Positions 37,375 to 51,300 of a DNA stretch of 58,100 bases are shown here, piece by piece. Both the position numbers and the translations under genes were made by a program. Position 1 is the first letter of the stretch; the number at the start of each line of letters is the position of its first letter. The stretch is taken from contig JALDZS010000011.1 of assembly GCA_022813965.1 (NCBI GenBank), positions 186,001 through 244,100 on the forward strand, read 5' to 3'. The notes below the pieces were generated by a model. That model saw only the letters and a program-made list of their open reading frames with translations, searched no databases and had not been told where the DNA came from. Source of the stretch: Toensbergia leucococca. Lineage: Eukaryota.

Positions 37375-39075
37375 ATAGCTTCATTGTTTGGCCTCCCTGG
37401 CGCCAGAAACTGCCAAATCAGTGCCAAAACAGCCTCCTCCAGCGCCAGGACCCCCAAATCCCCAAGCACGGTGATCAGAGAGCACCGCCTGACGAGGAAA
37501 TACGAAGGACTCGGCAGAAAGAGGCGCTCAAGAGGTTGTTTGAAACCTTTGCGAGTAGGACAGTACACGACTTATGTCTCTTTCGATGTATAGTCGGTAA
37601 CTATCAGACTTCCAACGTCCTAATACTTGAATCTCATCCGGTGTAAGGCCACGAAGCTCTGCCCATGATGCAGCACCTCTGCCGAATGAGTGCCCTGAGT
37701 AGTGACCACGGATGCCTAATTTGTGTAGTAAATTCCGAAGTAGTATAGTGACATATTGTCTTGAGAATTGCGCAGTTGATTGAAAAAGTGGTTCCTTTGG
37801 CTCAGAAGGAAACCTGGTGAAGAGACTCTTTAATGCTGCTACTGGGCAGGCGGCGTCAAAGGTGGCGGCAATTGGTATAGTAACTCCACGGCGCCACGGG
37901 TCTGTTTTTGAAGCCGGTAAACGTAGCTCTAAACTAGTATCGCCGTTGAATGAAATAGATGACCTGGTAACATGCCATTGATTGAACTCTGGGTCTCTTT
38001 GCTCCATTGCGGAGTATGTAAATTTGCTTATGCGGAGAAAGCCTGCAAAAGCCAGGCAAAAAGCAGCATGTACGTTGGCGCCGTCCCTAGATTTGGGATT
38101 CAGCTTCCCCAGCAATTTCGAAAGCACGTCGCGAGTAATTGGCCTTCGCTCCTGCTTTTCAGCCTCTCCATTGCGTCTTCTAATGCCAGCAGTGATACGT
38201 TTCAGCATAGGATGCGTCAAGGCGTTTAAATCTTCGCCGGCATAGCCCAAATCAATGTGATAAGACTGTAGACCAACAAGGTAAGATCCGATTGTCTTAG
38301 CAAGTAACCTGTTCACACCCAAGTGAGTAATCCACTCAATAAGCTGCTCCCTAGAGGCAGGAAGCGGAGGGTCTGAGCTGTGAGTTAAACAGTAGTCTAG
38401 ATAGCTTCTAGTAGGGGTATCATAGCTCTCTCGCGTTTTAGGAGCAAGCCCCCACAAAAGAAATAGGAAGGCGTGCCTGCTTAGGCCCGTTTGACGATAC
38501 CAATTCGTAGAGGGATCCTTTGTGTTTGCAGGTAGCTCAGCTGCGGATAGATGTCAGCAATTTTTTGATATTCAAAGCGTGAAAGCATGTCTGCCAAGGC
38601 GTTTTCTTTTGTGGATATCCACTTAGGCTCAAGAGTAATATCATGATTGGCAAGCAGCATAGCAATGTCCCGTAAAGGGCTCATAGCAGATCCAGCAATG
38701 GAGCGCTTTTAAAGACCTGTAATAACAGGGAATTATCACTATATAGGTGCAAATAAGTTCCTTTTAGGGTATCCAACCATTTGCGTACAGCAAATAGGAC
38801 AGTAAACATTTCTTTGACGTTGATATGCTTCTCCCTTAAGCGGGTAGCAAAGCGATGACTGAATACCTTCTGAGGGGGGTCATGAATATTCTTCAGAATA
38901 TAACCACCTATCCCTCTGAGGCCAGAAGCGTCTGTCCATATATGATAATGTTGGCGGTGCATACGAAGCACCTTAACCCCATTCCAAGTAGGAAGAAATT
39001 GATTCCACCACATCAAGTCAAGGCGCATAGCAGAGACAATGCAATAGCGATAACAATGACTTCGTAGAGCATCAA
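37375..39075 (-). mobile_element. 5'-truncated, decayed tyrosine-recombinase retrotransposon (DIRS/Ngaro type): RNase H plus YR integrase, no RT/gag; boundaries approximate
   Basis: RNase H WTDASG..GIGG, HINVKE, YSDN, WISTKENALADMLSR (frameshift and stop near 38720); overlapping YR ORF with WGLAPKTR, FAGFLR, LPASKTDP, GHSFGRGAA, LGRWKSDSYRLYI. Confidence 0.9.
37528..38457 (-). CDS. Tyrosine recombinase ORF of the retroelement; HxxR arginine appears mutated (HSFGRG)
   Basis: 309-codon ORF with phage-integrase-like R...HxxR...Y motifs. Confidence 0.85.
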   Translation of the reverse strand: MWGLAPKTRESYDTPTRSYLDYCLTHSSDPPLPASREQLIEWITHLGVNRLLAKTIGSYLVGLQSYHIDLGYAGEDLNALTHPMLKRITAGIRRRNGEAEKQERRPITRDVLSKLLGKLNPKSRDGANVHAAFCLAFAGFLRISKFTYSAMEQRDPEFNQWHVTRSSISFNGDTSLELRLPASKTDPWRRGVTIPIAATFDAACPVAALKSLFTRFPSEPKEPLFQSTAQFSRQYVTILLRNLLHKLGIRGHYSGHSFGRGAASWAELRGLTPDEIQVLGRWKSDSYRLYIERDISRVLSYSQRFQTTS

Positions 39076-39501
39076 ATTGTTGAAAGTTATCTGCCAAGAG
39101 GCAATGGAGATAACATGCAAGTTGTAGCACCTCTTCTGACACATCATCCATCTGGATCCATAGGATTCAGATGGACGGATACTGTAATTACACGGAAATA
39201 TTTGCTAGCTTCTCCTTTCAGGTGCGCCTTGGCAATTCACAAATAGAATAGATTACACAAAATGCTGAGTTTGCGGTGCAGACCCCTTGCGGGGACTCAA
39301 CCTTCGGGCGCTAAAATCTTAGTCAATGTTGCTAATACCTAGAGTCTACCTAAGCAGGGGGTCTGCTTTATGGAGACAAGCACCCCAAGGTTCTAGATCT
39401 CTGGTTGAGATTAAAAGCCCGAACCCTATTGGCGTGGGTGTATTCTATCTTCAAGCGGCGTTGGAATTCAACAATGATCCTCCAGTCCAAATACTCCAGG
39501 T

Positions 39502-41635
39502 ATGTCTTCGAATCTAGTTGAAGAGGCTACTCAGCTCAAGTCCGTTGCCTCTCACGCTGCTCCATCGTATCCCATTTCTCCAAGATCTATCGTAAGCGTT
39601 GAACACCCGTGTATTATCAAAAATGTGGACAAGTGCATCGAGACCTTAGGAGGCTTGACTAAATTGCAAGAAGTATGAAACACCCTTCAAAGAGCCACCG
39701 ACTACAATCGAAGAGATCTAATACTGTTAACAGCTGCTTCGCAAAGACAAGGTCGATGCCGTCTCTAGCTTGTATCTACGCCCACAAGATCGCAGTAGTA
39801 AACCAATTCCCTCTACCAACGTTAAGACACATAATCTACTTCTTCACATCACCGTCCCAAAGAGAAGTGGCCGTAAACGTAAGAGAGGGTCTCTTGAGCA
39901 ACATAGTGGCGATGTTCTAGACTCGGATATTCGCCAGCTTCCATCTTCGCTCCAATGCCCTTCTGCTTCTAGAGATACTCAATATTTACTTACGAGCCTT
40001 CGCGATAATGTTGGCGATTTCAATGTTAAATCAGTCGGGTCCATCGAACGAACACATCGCTTTCGTAGTAAGATATTCTTGATCGATAGAAAGTCAACTC
40101 ACTGATATGGGTGTCCAGACATGTCTGACTTTGTTTATTCAACTACTAATAGTCCGTTCATGCAAAAAATGAGAGAATCAATTCTCCCTTTTGAATGTGA
40201 GTTTTGATTCGGAACTAAAGTCTTCTACAGAGGACTAAGTTGATAAGACGAAAAGTTGAAGAGCTTCAAGTTTGATATGAGCAGAGGACTAACGCCAAAC
40301 ACCGACCTAATACCGCCTCCGCTTTTCGTTCATTCTTCAATCCCATTCAATTATTCGTAAGCAATTATACCAAAACATTCTGCTATCATTTTCGCTGATG
40401 CAATCATTAAGATATCGCCAGAATCCCGCTGTGAAGCAAACGGTTGACTCTCTTGGCAATATTACCACTGTTAACACACAGCTGCCTCAAAGGCTCCTGG
40501 GCCAAATTCTTCAGTACGACGACGAAACTATTCCAAGCGGTCCTGCAGACGGCGTGCCACCCATCGCATCACTCAATCCTACCCTGCAGCACTTCATCAA
40601 TCTGATTCGTAATGCATTCGACGAGCGGCCGATTTGGACTCGACGAGCAATTTCCAACAGAGTCGCAAGTGGTGAGCCCAAAGATTTTGAGAAACGTGCT
40701 TATCCATATGTCTGCTATTCTTTCAACAGCGGACCTTGGCGTGATAGTATAATCAAATTTGGTGTCGATCCACGAGTTGATCTAAAGTATCGGATCTACC
40801 AAACTTTGACGTTCCAAATCGAGGCGTCTGAAGGTCTAAAACACTTAAAGCAGGACAGGAGGTTAAGCCACGTTTTTGATGGTAGAAGTGTTGCGACCGG
40901 CGCTAAGACATGGCAAGTCTGCGATATTTCAGATCCTCAATTGAAATCTCTGCTGGCAACCAAAGAATTGAGAGATGAATGTCACGTGAGTCAAAAGCAT
41001 GAATATTCATAACAACGCACTCAAGGCTCATTAACTGACTTCTGTGATAGACGTCAAAAGACGGCTGGTATCAGAACGGCACCTGGGGCAAAGTCAAAAT
41101 TATCATGAAGAGTAAGATTGCTCAAATCTTAGCGGGAAATGTTCCAGAAGATTCCCTATACCAAGGAATAGCCGCGATGCCTGAAATTATTGAGGAAAAC
41201 ACAGTATTTACAGCATACAACGCGAAAGCTGAATTAGGATTAGCGACTTCACAAGAGGTTCATTGGGCGAGTGAAATAATTGCGGCTGCTCGTGCTACAA
41301 CTAAGAGGTATTATGGTGAAGAAGTAGCCGGGCAGGCGACACGGAACCAAGATCTTGCAACGGAATTGGAAGGAAGAGACGCGGAGATCGAGGACGTCAA
41401 TACCGATGTAAGGATGGCAACGGCAGTGTCACAATTTGGCAGGATGGAGAGCGCCGCCGATGATATGCAGTACGTTAGTGAGGGAGCAGACATTGAGGAT
41501 CTTGACAGCCCATCCAGAAAGGAATTTGAGGAAGAGTATGCTGAGGCCGGTGAAGGAATGAGTGATGAAGACAATCATGATGATGACGATGACGTTGATG
41601 ACGGATTAGCAGACGCATCTGGATTGGATTTCTAG
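39502..41635 (+). CDS. TFC1: RNA polymerase III transcription factor TFIIIC subunit tau95 (Tfc1/Sfc1); multi-exon
   Basis: IVSVEHPCIIKNVDK, NLLLHITVPKRSGRKRKRGS, THRFR|.MSDF, FDERPIWTRRA, Y.FNSGPWRD..IKFGVDPR, WQVCDISDP, GWYQNGTW; acidic C-terminal tail. Confidence 0.9.
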
Positions 41636-42378
41636 AATTCAAAGGTTACATAATACCTCTGAAAGGACTTTGTCTGCTGGAGACGACGTTGGTGTGTTGA
41701 GTGTACTCGTAAATGAAACTACATGCACCTTCTCCACCTATCGTGACAATATATCTACCTGAATCAGGTGGATCATTTGTGCTGGTTTGTCATGATGTTA
41801 TTCAATGTACGGATATATTCACATGTAGCACTGACGCACTCTTCTATTCACAACAATTGTGCTTACACATGAGTGTCAATTGAAGTGAAGTTGTAACAAT
41901 AGGTAGATAAGGTAAGCGAGACAGGCACGTGACAGGGTAGCCTGAAACCAAACCTTAAGGTTGTCCATTCACCTTTCGGACATAAGGTACCTTAGTGCCC
42001 GTAGCCCGCATGACTAGCTCCAAAATTGAGCCGACAAGAAAGTCCCACTCTTTACAGAGCACCTCTCGAGCTCAAGGCAATTGGCGACACCATTTACACT
42101 TCTCCCCAACACCACCATTAAAGTCCGCATTATCTATGATACTCCATAATATGTCTGGCCGACGGTATCTTCTATAGTTCTTCTTCAACCCTTCTTAATA
42201 CTCATCTTCGGCAAATTCCCAGCACTTTTTGATCTTCAGCCGGATGAAAAGAAATACTCAATGAATTTATGCCGACTTCGACAGGCCTAAGAAGGAAGCC
42301 TGATTTCTCCGTCAACTCAAATTTGGCGAGCCTGGGTCAAACTGCCTGCTGGCAAGTAGCTGCACCACAGGAGGCGCC

Positions 42379-45300
42379 ATGGCCGAGAGAAACATAGATG
42401 CCTTCGCAGCTAGGCTGGGGGATGCTAATACTGGTATGAATTACAGTCGAGGACGGAATAGCTTGATTATCAATGCTGAGACAGACTTACAGATCTCAAA
42501 CTCAAATTCAACATCGCGACAGAGCTACGAGATAATATCGATCTCTTGTGCAACGGGCCCACATACAATATCTTTCTCAAAAAGCTTGTCCCCGTATTCG
42601 TGAAGTTGTTGGAAGGGCCACCTAGTTTCAACAGTACATCATGGGAGCAAGTATGTTCCGAATTAGCTAAAACGTGAAGCTATAGATCAAGATGCTGATC
42701 AAATGCACTACAGAGACTACGCAATTGCATCCTGGAGATTCTTCATCGGCTTCCTATGAGCCATGCGGACGCCTTGAAGCCCTACGCTGCTGGCATCGTA
42801 GATCTCTTGATGGGCTTGGTCAGGACGGAGAATGAAGATAACGCAGTCCTTTGCATGAAAACGGTCATGGACCTAGAGCGTCACCAGACAGAAGCCACTG
42901 CTGTGAAAGTGCAGCCTTTCCTGAACCTTATTCAAGAGATTTTCGAGACCATGGAACAGGTTGTGAGGGATACTTTCGATAGTCCATCTACGTCTAGTTC
43001 AACGCCCAACAATACTCAGATATTTCAATCACCCCGACCTGGTTCTCCTTCCGGCTCTGTTGCTTCGGATCTGGGTATCGATTTGCAGACGGCTCGTCCG
43101 TTACTGAAGGGCATGCAATCGTTCAAAGTCCTCGCCGAAAGTCCTATCATCGTGGTATCTCTATTCCAGGCTCATCGTAATTGTGTTCCTGCCAATGTCA
43201 AGAAATTCGTACCGCTGATAAAAGGGGTTCTCCTACAACAAGCCAAGCCGCAAGAGCGTGCTCATGCAGAAGCCAAGTCACGGGGCGAGATATTTACCGG
43301 GGTCAGCAAGGATATCAAGAACCGAGCTGCCTTTGGTGAATTCATTACGGCACAAGTGAAAACGATGAGTTTCTTGGCATACCTGCTCCGTGTCTATGCC
43401 AACCAACTCAGTGATTTTTTGCCTTCCCTCCCGGACATCGTGGTGCGGCTCTTGAAGGATTGCCCCAGCGAAAGATCCGCGACGAGAAAGGAGCTACTCG
43501 TCGCTATTCGACATACTGTCAACTTCAATTTTAGGAAGATCTTCTTGACCGTGATCGACGATTTGCTTGACGAACGGACGTTGATCGGCGACGGACTCAC
43601 CGTGTACGAAACGATGCGGCCACTTGCTTATAGTATGCTCGCAGATCTCATCCATCACGTTCGAGATTCCCTTGATCGGGATCAAATTCGACGAACCGTA
43701 GAATTCTATTCCGAGAACCTTCTTGATGACTTTCCTGGGACTAGCTTTCAAACAATGAGTGCAAAGCTCCTATTCAATATAGCAGATTGCATAGCGAGTC
43801 TGCCCAATAAGCAAGATGCGCGTCATTTCTTGATCATGATTTTGAATGCGATTGGAGACAAATTTGCAGCTATGAACCGTCAATATCACAACGCGAAGAA
43901 GCTCTCGAAGCTCTATGAGCAGCAGTCCATAGACGCGGTGCCAGAAGACCATCTAGCAGATCGAGAAAATCCACCAAATTGGGACGAAGTTGACATTTTT
44001 ACTGCTACACCAATCAAGACGTCAAACCCAAGAGATCGTGGCGCACATCCCGTTGACGACAACAGGTTTTTGTTCAAGAACCTTCTGAATGGGTTGAAAG
44101 CCATGTTCTACCGGCTGAAAGAATGTAATCCCGAAGCGCCAGTCATCGACGTCGCCAATGCACCTGCAAACTGGCAAGAAGTATCTTTCGGATACAACGC
44201 CGAGGAGGTTGAGGTTATCAAAAAGCTTTTTCGAGAGGGTGCCTTTGTTTTTCGGTACTACAGCGAACAGCCTCTCATTGACACGCAGTACTCCTCTCCC
44301 GCGGAAGTCCTCGCAAATCACTACATGGTTCAGAGCGGAAAGGAGGAAAAAGATCTTCTTGAGACGTTTGCCACTATTTTTCACAGCATCGACCCTGCAA
44401 CCTTTCACGAGGTCTTCCTTTCCGTGATACCACATTTGTACGACATGATGTTTGAACATGCTGCCCTGCTCCATATTCCGCAATTCTTTCTTGCAAGCGA
44501 GGCTACATCACCAAGCTTTGCGGGCATGCTATTACAATTCTTAATGGATCGGATTGAGCATGTTGGAACGTCGGACATCAACAAATCAGCTATTCTGCTG
44601 AGAATGTTCAAACTTTCCTTCATGGCTGTGACGCTATTTTCGCAGCAGAACGAGCAGGTATTACTACCGCATGTTACGAAGATTGTGACAAAGTCTATTC
44701 AGCTTTCTACAACAGCCGAAGAGCCAATGAACTATTTTTACTTGCTGCGATCCTTGTTTCGAAGCATCGGTGGTGGACGCTTTGAGCTCTTGTACAAAGA
44801 GATTTTACCACTTTTGGAAATGCTTCTTGAAGTATTGAATAATCTACTTATGGCTGCTCGTAAGCCTCAAGAGCGTGATCTCTATGTTGAGCTGTGTCTC
44901 ACTGTGCCAGCTCGCCTGAGTAACTTATTGCCACACTTGAGCTATCTTATGCGCCCATTGGTCGTGGCATTACGAGCTGGCTCAGATCTGGTTGGTCAGG
45001 GGCTGCGAACGCTAGAACTCTGCGTTGATAATCTCACTGCCGATTACTTGGATCCTATCATGGCGCCCGTCATTGATGAGCTTATGACGGCGCTATGGGA
45101 CCATCTTCGACCTAATCCATACAGCCACTTTCATGCTCACACTACAATGCGTATATTGGGTAAACTCGGTGGCCGGAACCGCAAATTTCTGAGTGGTCCT
45201 CCAGGACTTTCATTTCGTCAATTCGCGGACGACGAATGTAGTATCGACCTCAAGCTTATCGGGTCTAGCAAGGAGCGCCCTTTTCCGTCGAACATTGGAA

Positions 45301-48300
45301 TCGACCTTGCCATAGCGAAGCTGGCAGAGATTCCAAAAACAGTTGCAGCAAAGAGAGCCGATGCTTACTACAAGCAACAGGCCCTACGGTTGGTAACTGC
45401 TCAACTCAAAATATATATTGGCTCCGATAATCTACCAGACGACTTTCCTCAACTTGTGCGACTACAAGCATTGGACATGCTTGAAGGCAAGTACGAATCT
45501 GCATCTGATCTGTTTCAGAAGTCAGACCGCGAGAAGTCGATTCCAAAAAAGGATTCGCAAGAGGAGACTGTGAAGAAGCTGCTGAAAGCGTGTATATTGG
45601 CCACAACGTTGCCAGACCTGAAAAGTTCGGCGTCTGGTTTGCTTGCTGATGTCTGCCGTCACTTCACAATCTTGGAGATCGGAAGAGCTTTGGCACACGC
45701 GAAACAACTACGAAAGGCTTTTGATGTCAAGTCCGGAGAAGGCCCTCCATTCATCGATAGTCGCATCCTTGCCGAAGCCATTGTTGAAAGCCTATCTTCC
45801 GATAATCACGCTGTTCGCGAAGCTGCAGAGAATTCCGTCAGAAGTATATATGACGTTGCTGGAGCTATCTTTGGCTCGGTAGAGAAGGTTGAAAAACTCC
45901 CGTTCTTCGTGTATCTTGCCAAGGTGTTTTGCCATAATTGCCATGAAGAGGAGTGGTATGCTAAAGCTGGAGGAGGATTTGGGATCCACATCCTCGCAAC
46001 TAAGATCGACCTTGGTGATAACTGGATGGTTGACAGGCAGGTCGAGTTCATTCGTGCGCTCATATATGTCATAAAAGACATGCCTCAAGATCTGCCAGCA
46101 AACACCCGCACTCAAGCACATGCGACTCTTGAGGTACTACTACGAAGATGCAACCGTGGTATTTCAATAGAAGACCTCAACTCTCACCAAAGCCGACTCT
46201 ATAATCTTTGCGGATTTCTAGTCTACGAGCTTGCGCACATGAACAAGCATGTCCGGGAGTCAGCGCAGAAGGCCTTTTCAACGATTGCTGAGGTCATTGG
46301 CGCAGAGGTCCACGAGCTCTTGTCTCCAGTCAAGGACCGATTGTTGCAGCCGATTTACAATAAACCTCTGAGGGCCCTGCCATTCGCAATCCAAATTGGC
46401 TACATCGAAGCAATAACGTTCTGTTTGGGACTGCAGCATGGTTTAGTGGAATTCACCGATCCTCTGACAAGGCTTTTGATGGAATCACTAGCCTTAGCTG
46501 ATGCAGAGGACGACACTCTTGCCGTGAAATCAAACGAGTATAGAACTGCTGATTCCATCGTCAACCTGCGAGTCTCTTGCATCAAGCTTCTGTCGATGGC
46601 TGTTGGTTTTCCAGATTTTGCACCGCAGCCGCAAAACCAGAGTCGAAGCCGCATCACATCCGTCTTCTTCAAATTACTTTACTCAAAGTCCCCAGAAGTG
46701 ATTGATGCAGCTAATGCTGGGCTTAAAGGGGTTCTGATGCATCAGAATAAACTACCCAAAGACTTGTTGCAGAACGGTCTGCGTCCGATTCTCATGAACT
46801 TGCAGGATCCCAAAAAACTCAGTGTCGCAGGCTTGGATGGACTTGCTCGACTTTTGATATTACTTACCAATTATTTCAAGGTTGAGATTGGTGAGCGACT
46901 TCTATCCCACATGAAGACCATCGCGGATGGAACTGCCCTTCAGAAGACATCTTTCAAGCTCATTGAGCAAGACCCACAAATGAAAATTGTCGTCGCCACG
47001 CTGAATATTTTCCACCTGCTTCCGCCTGCCGCCACTTGTTTCATGGCAGAATTAGTCAACAGAGTTCTAGATCTCGAAGAAAAGTTACGAAGGACCCACT
47101 ACAGTCCCTTCCGTGAACCTCTTCTCAAATACTTGAACCGCTATCCGAAAGAAGCTTGGCTCTACTTCTCTGCAAAGCTGTCCGAGGTGACTCATGGCAG
47201 ATTCTTCGCACAGATACTTGCTTCAGTACGAAGTGCGCCACTCCGTGAAGTTGTTATCGCTGACATTGAGGGATTGACTAAATGTTCCCTCGATCTCCGA
47301 GAGTCGCAGAATAAGGATGCAGCCGTTATCAACGCAATTCACGTTGTTCATTCCCTTTGTACTCACGCGAGCGATTGGCTGGTCCAACATGGAAGCTTAC
47401 GGCACGCTTTATTAAGTGCTGGCGAGGAACTAAATCGGAGGAAGCGCCTTGATATGCTAGCTCACGGCTCGCGTCTCGCCGCTGAGCAAGCTGGGGAACA
47501 ATTGATGGGCATATTTGTCATGTATTTGAGGCATGCTCCACAGGATCTGGACTTCCTCTTTCGGCTGATAGATGCCGTCACTGCACAGGAGATCAAACTT
47601 CATCCCTCGCTGTTCGCTTTCATCTACAGCCATGTGATTTCAAGCGATTCTCCCGACTACTGGCGAAGTATTGTCATGCGGACTCTGGATCTCTACAATA
47701 CACGTGGATCAACCCAAAAAATCAAAACCAAGACCTTTGCATTGAGGAACCTTGTCAACCCGATCTTTGCAATGGACCATTTACGCACTTCTCAAAATCA
47801 CGCTCATCCCAACACTGAACGTCGTTTTATGGACAAGAGCATAGTTGAAGCCATTCACAACAAACTCTGGAAGCCTCAGGTCACTGATATAAATGAAGAC
47901 AATGGCCAACCAGGCGTAGACCATTCGCGGCTGGAGCTGCTGCAGATGTCAGCATTTCTTCTCAAGTACCATCATAATCTCGTCTCTGAAGCTCGCAAAG
48001 ACATCATAAAGTTTGGGTGGAGCTACATTCGACTCGAAGACACAATCAATAAGCACGCTGCCTATGTGTTGATCGGATATTTCATTAGGCAATTCGAGAC
48101 GCCTTCGAAAATCGTCAATCAGATATACGTTGCCTTGTTGAAAGCTCATCAGAACGAGGGCCGTGCTTTGGTGATTCAGGCACTTGATGTGATCGCGCCG
48201 GTGCTTACGAAGCGATTGACGGGGCCTGGAGATTCGAAATATCCCATGTGGGCAAAATGGCCTAAACGAATTCTGTCGGAGGAGAGCTCGAATCTCCAAC

Positions 48301-51300
48301 AACTGATCAGCATCTTCCAATTTATGGTCCGACACCCTGATCTGTTTTTTGAAGCTCGGGAACATTTCATCCCCCACATTATCCCATCACTGTCAAAGAT
48401 TGGCCCGCTCCCTAATCCGTCAAATGAGAACAAGAAGTTGGTGTTGAACCTTATCAAAATGGTGTGGCACTGGGAAGAGCTCCGCATTCGAGGTCCAAGT
48501 AGCTCCCCACCGCAGCCATCCGAGTCTCCACAAGCAAGAAAACGCAGGCTTGATACCTCACAAGGTGGCTCCGCTTCGCCGGCGCCGAGTCTTGGCCCTC
48601 CTGCCATTATCGAGCGCAATGATTACCTCATTCCTGTGCCTCTCAGGACGATGCTTATCAAGTACCTAGCGCAATTCATCAGTACTCTTCCAGAACGTTA
48701 TCCCGTGCCTGCGATTAAGTTGAGGGACCTACAATCAATCTCACAGCACGCCGCCCTCCCATCGGATGAAATCTGTAGAAAGGCTCTTGGACTTTTTCAT
48801 GATCTGCTCTCGCCAGATCATTGGGCGGATCTGGAGGTGGATCTTTTCTCAAAAATGACAGAGCTGGTTCTAGCGTCCGAGAAGACAGATGTAGCTGATG
48901 ATAAGACTGTCACGAGCATAATCAATACGCTCCAAATCATTCGTGTGGTGCTCAACATGAAGTCGGACGATTGGATTGTTGCACAGCTTGGCCAGATTCA
49001 GAAGCTGCTTGAAAAACCTGTGCGACTCGAGAATCCCGAGATCCAGGACTGTCTACACACTAACCATGAAGGGCTGGATAGTCATAGGCTGATAAGACCA
49101 TTGCTGAGACGTGTCCTCGACGCCTTACCCAAGGACGTCGCAGAAGAGGATGACATGGAGGTTGAGACCCCATCGTCAGAATTTATCTCATTTCTCTCGA
49201 CAGTTGCAACAGAAACTATGTCCGCAGGCAGCATGATATCGAGCATCAACACCTTTTGGACATTAGCACAAGTTAGGCCAGCTGAGATCGATCAGCATAT
49301 ACCGCAAATCATGCGTGCGCTGCAACAGAAACTTGCCAAGGACCATCTTGCGGCACAAGGTGTGACACCCGGCCAGGCGGGGTTGCCGCAGGCATTACGG
49401 CCAGGAGATGCTCCGCCAGGTGCACCGGATCCTCGGGAGACGGAGATCCTGAATGAATTGATACTGAAGACGATAGATATGATTTCGCTAAGGATGGCTA
49501 CGCTTGGCGAGCAAAGACGACCTTTCCTCAGTGTCTTGGCTTCATTGGTAGAACGATCTCAAAACACAAAGCTATGCGAGAAGATTTTGAGCATGGTGGA
49601 AACGTGGGTCTTTGATTCCAATGAGACGTGGCCTACACTTAAAGAGAAGACTGCCGTTCTACATAAGATGCTGCTTTTTGAGACACGACCGGATCCAACC
49701 CTGCTACACAAATTCTTGGACCTGGTCATCCGCATCTACGAAGACCCAAAAATAACTAGGACAGAGCTTACTGTGCGACTAGAACACGCTTTCCTGGTAG
49801 GTACGCGAGCACAAGATGTTGAAATGCGTAATCGATTCATGAGCATCTTTGATCGAAGTCTTACCAGAAGTGCAAATGCTCGGATCATCTATGTCTTGAC
49901 CTCTCAGAACTGGGACACTTTGGCTGAGAGCTTTTGGATCAGCCAGGCCACCCAATTAGTCTTCGGATCTATCGAGATGGGAACAACTGCTCAACTACAC
50001 CCCGAAGACTTCAAATTGATACCGCCAACACAACTTTTTAGTGCCTCAGGCAAAGATCAACGGAAAGATAGTCTAATGCTCGATGATAAATTCGAAGACT
50101 GTATGACAAATCACCGACGGTTTTGTTTTGAACTGGGAGAAGTCAAAATCCGCGATATCATTGAGCCGCTCTGTCAGTTGCAGCATACGGACCCAAATGT
50201 AGCTTACCAGCTTTGGGTGGCTTTATTCCCTCTGTGCTGGTCGAGCCTGTCGAGGGATGATCGTATGGAGTTAGAAAAAGGCATGGTCTCACTACTAACC
50301 AAGGACCACCATCAGCGTCAAATCGACCGAAGACCCAATGTCATCCAAGCTTTGCTTGAAGGCATTGTCCGAGTGAGACCAAGGTTCAAACTACCAGCTC
50401 ATGTATTGAAGTTCCTGAGCAAGACCTATGATGCATGGTACACCGCTGCAGTATCACTCGAAGAATCAGCGATGACACCATTGATTGATACGCCGTCTGT
50501 TCGAGAGAGTAATCTTGATGCTCTAGTTGAAGTCTACGCTGGGTTGCAGGAGGACGACCTGTTCTATGGCACATGGCGTCGCCGTTGCAAATTTGTCGAA
50601 ACCAATGCAGCTCTTTCCTACGAGCAGAATGGCATGTGGGACAAAGCCCAACAGCTATACGAGGCAGCTCAAATAAAGGCACGAACAGGTGCTGTGCCAT
50701 TCTCGCAGGCCGAATACATGATATGGGAGGATCATTGGGTTATATGCGCCCAGAAATTGCAGCAATGGGACATTTTGAGCGACTTTGCAAAACACGAGAA
50801 TTTCAACGACCTCTTGTTGGAGTCTCTTTGGAGAAACCTCGAAATGTGGGCAGGGCCGGATAATATTGAGCAGCTAAGCTCAATCATCAAGGCCGTGTCC
50901 GATGCACCAACACCACGGAGGACCTTCTTCCAGGCTTTCATGTCATTGCTCAAATTACACGAGAAAACCGAGACCTCCCCAGAATTCCACCGAATCTACG
51001 ACGAATCCATTCAACTTTCAATCCGCAAATGGCACCAGCTTCCCAAACGCATCACCAACGCTCACATCCCCATACTCCAGAACTTCCAACAGCTGGTCGA
51101 GCTTCATGACGCAAATGTAATATGTACCAGTTTGTCGCAGACTAATCAGAACAATCTTGACGGAAAATCCCAAGAATTGAAACTCTTGCTAGGGACGTGG
51201 CGTGACCGGTTGCCAAACGTCTGGGACGATATCAATGCTTGGCAAGACTTGGTCACATGGCGCCAACACATCTTCCAGCTTATCAACAAGACATATCTTG

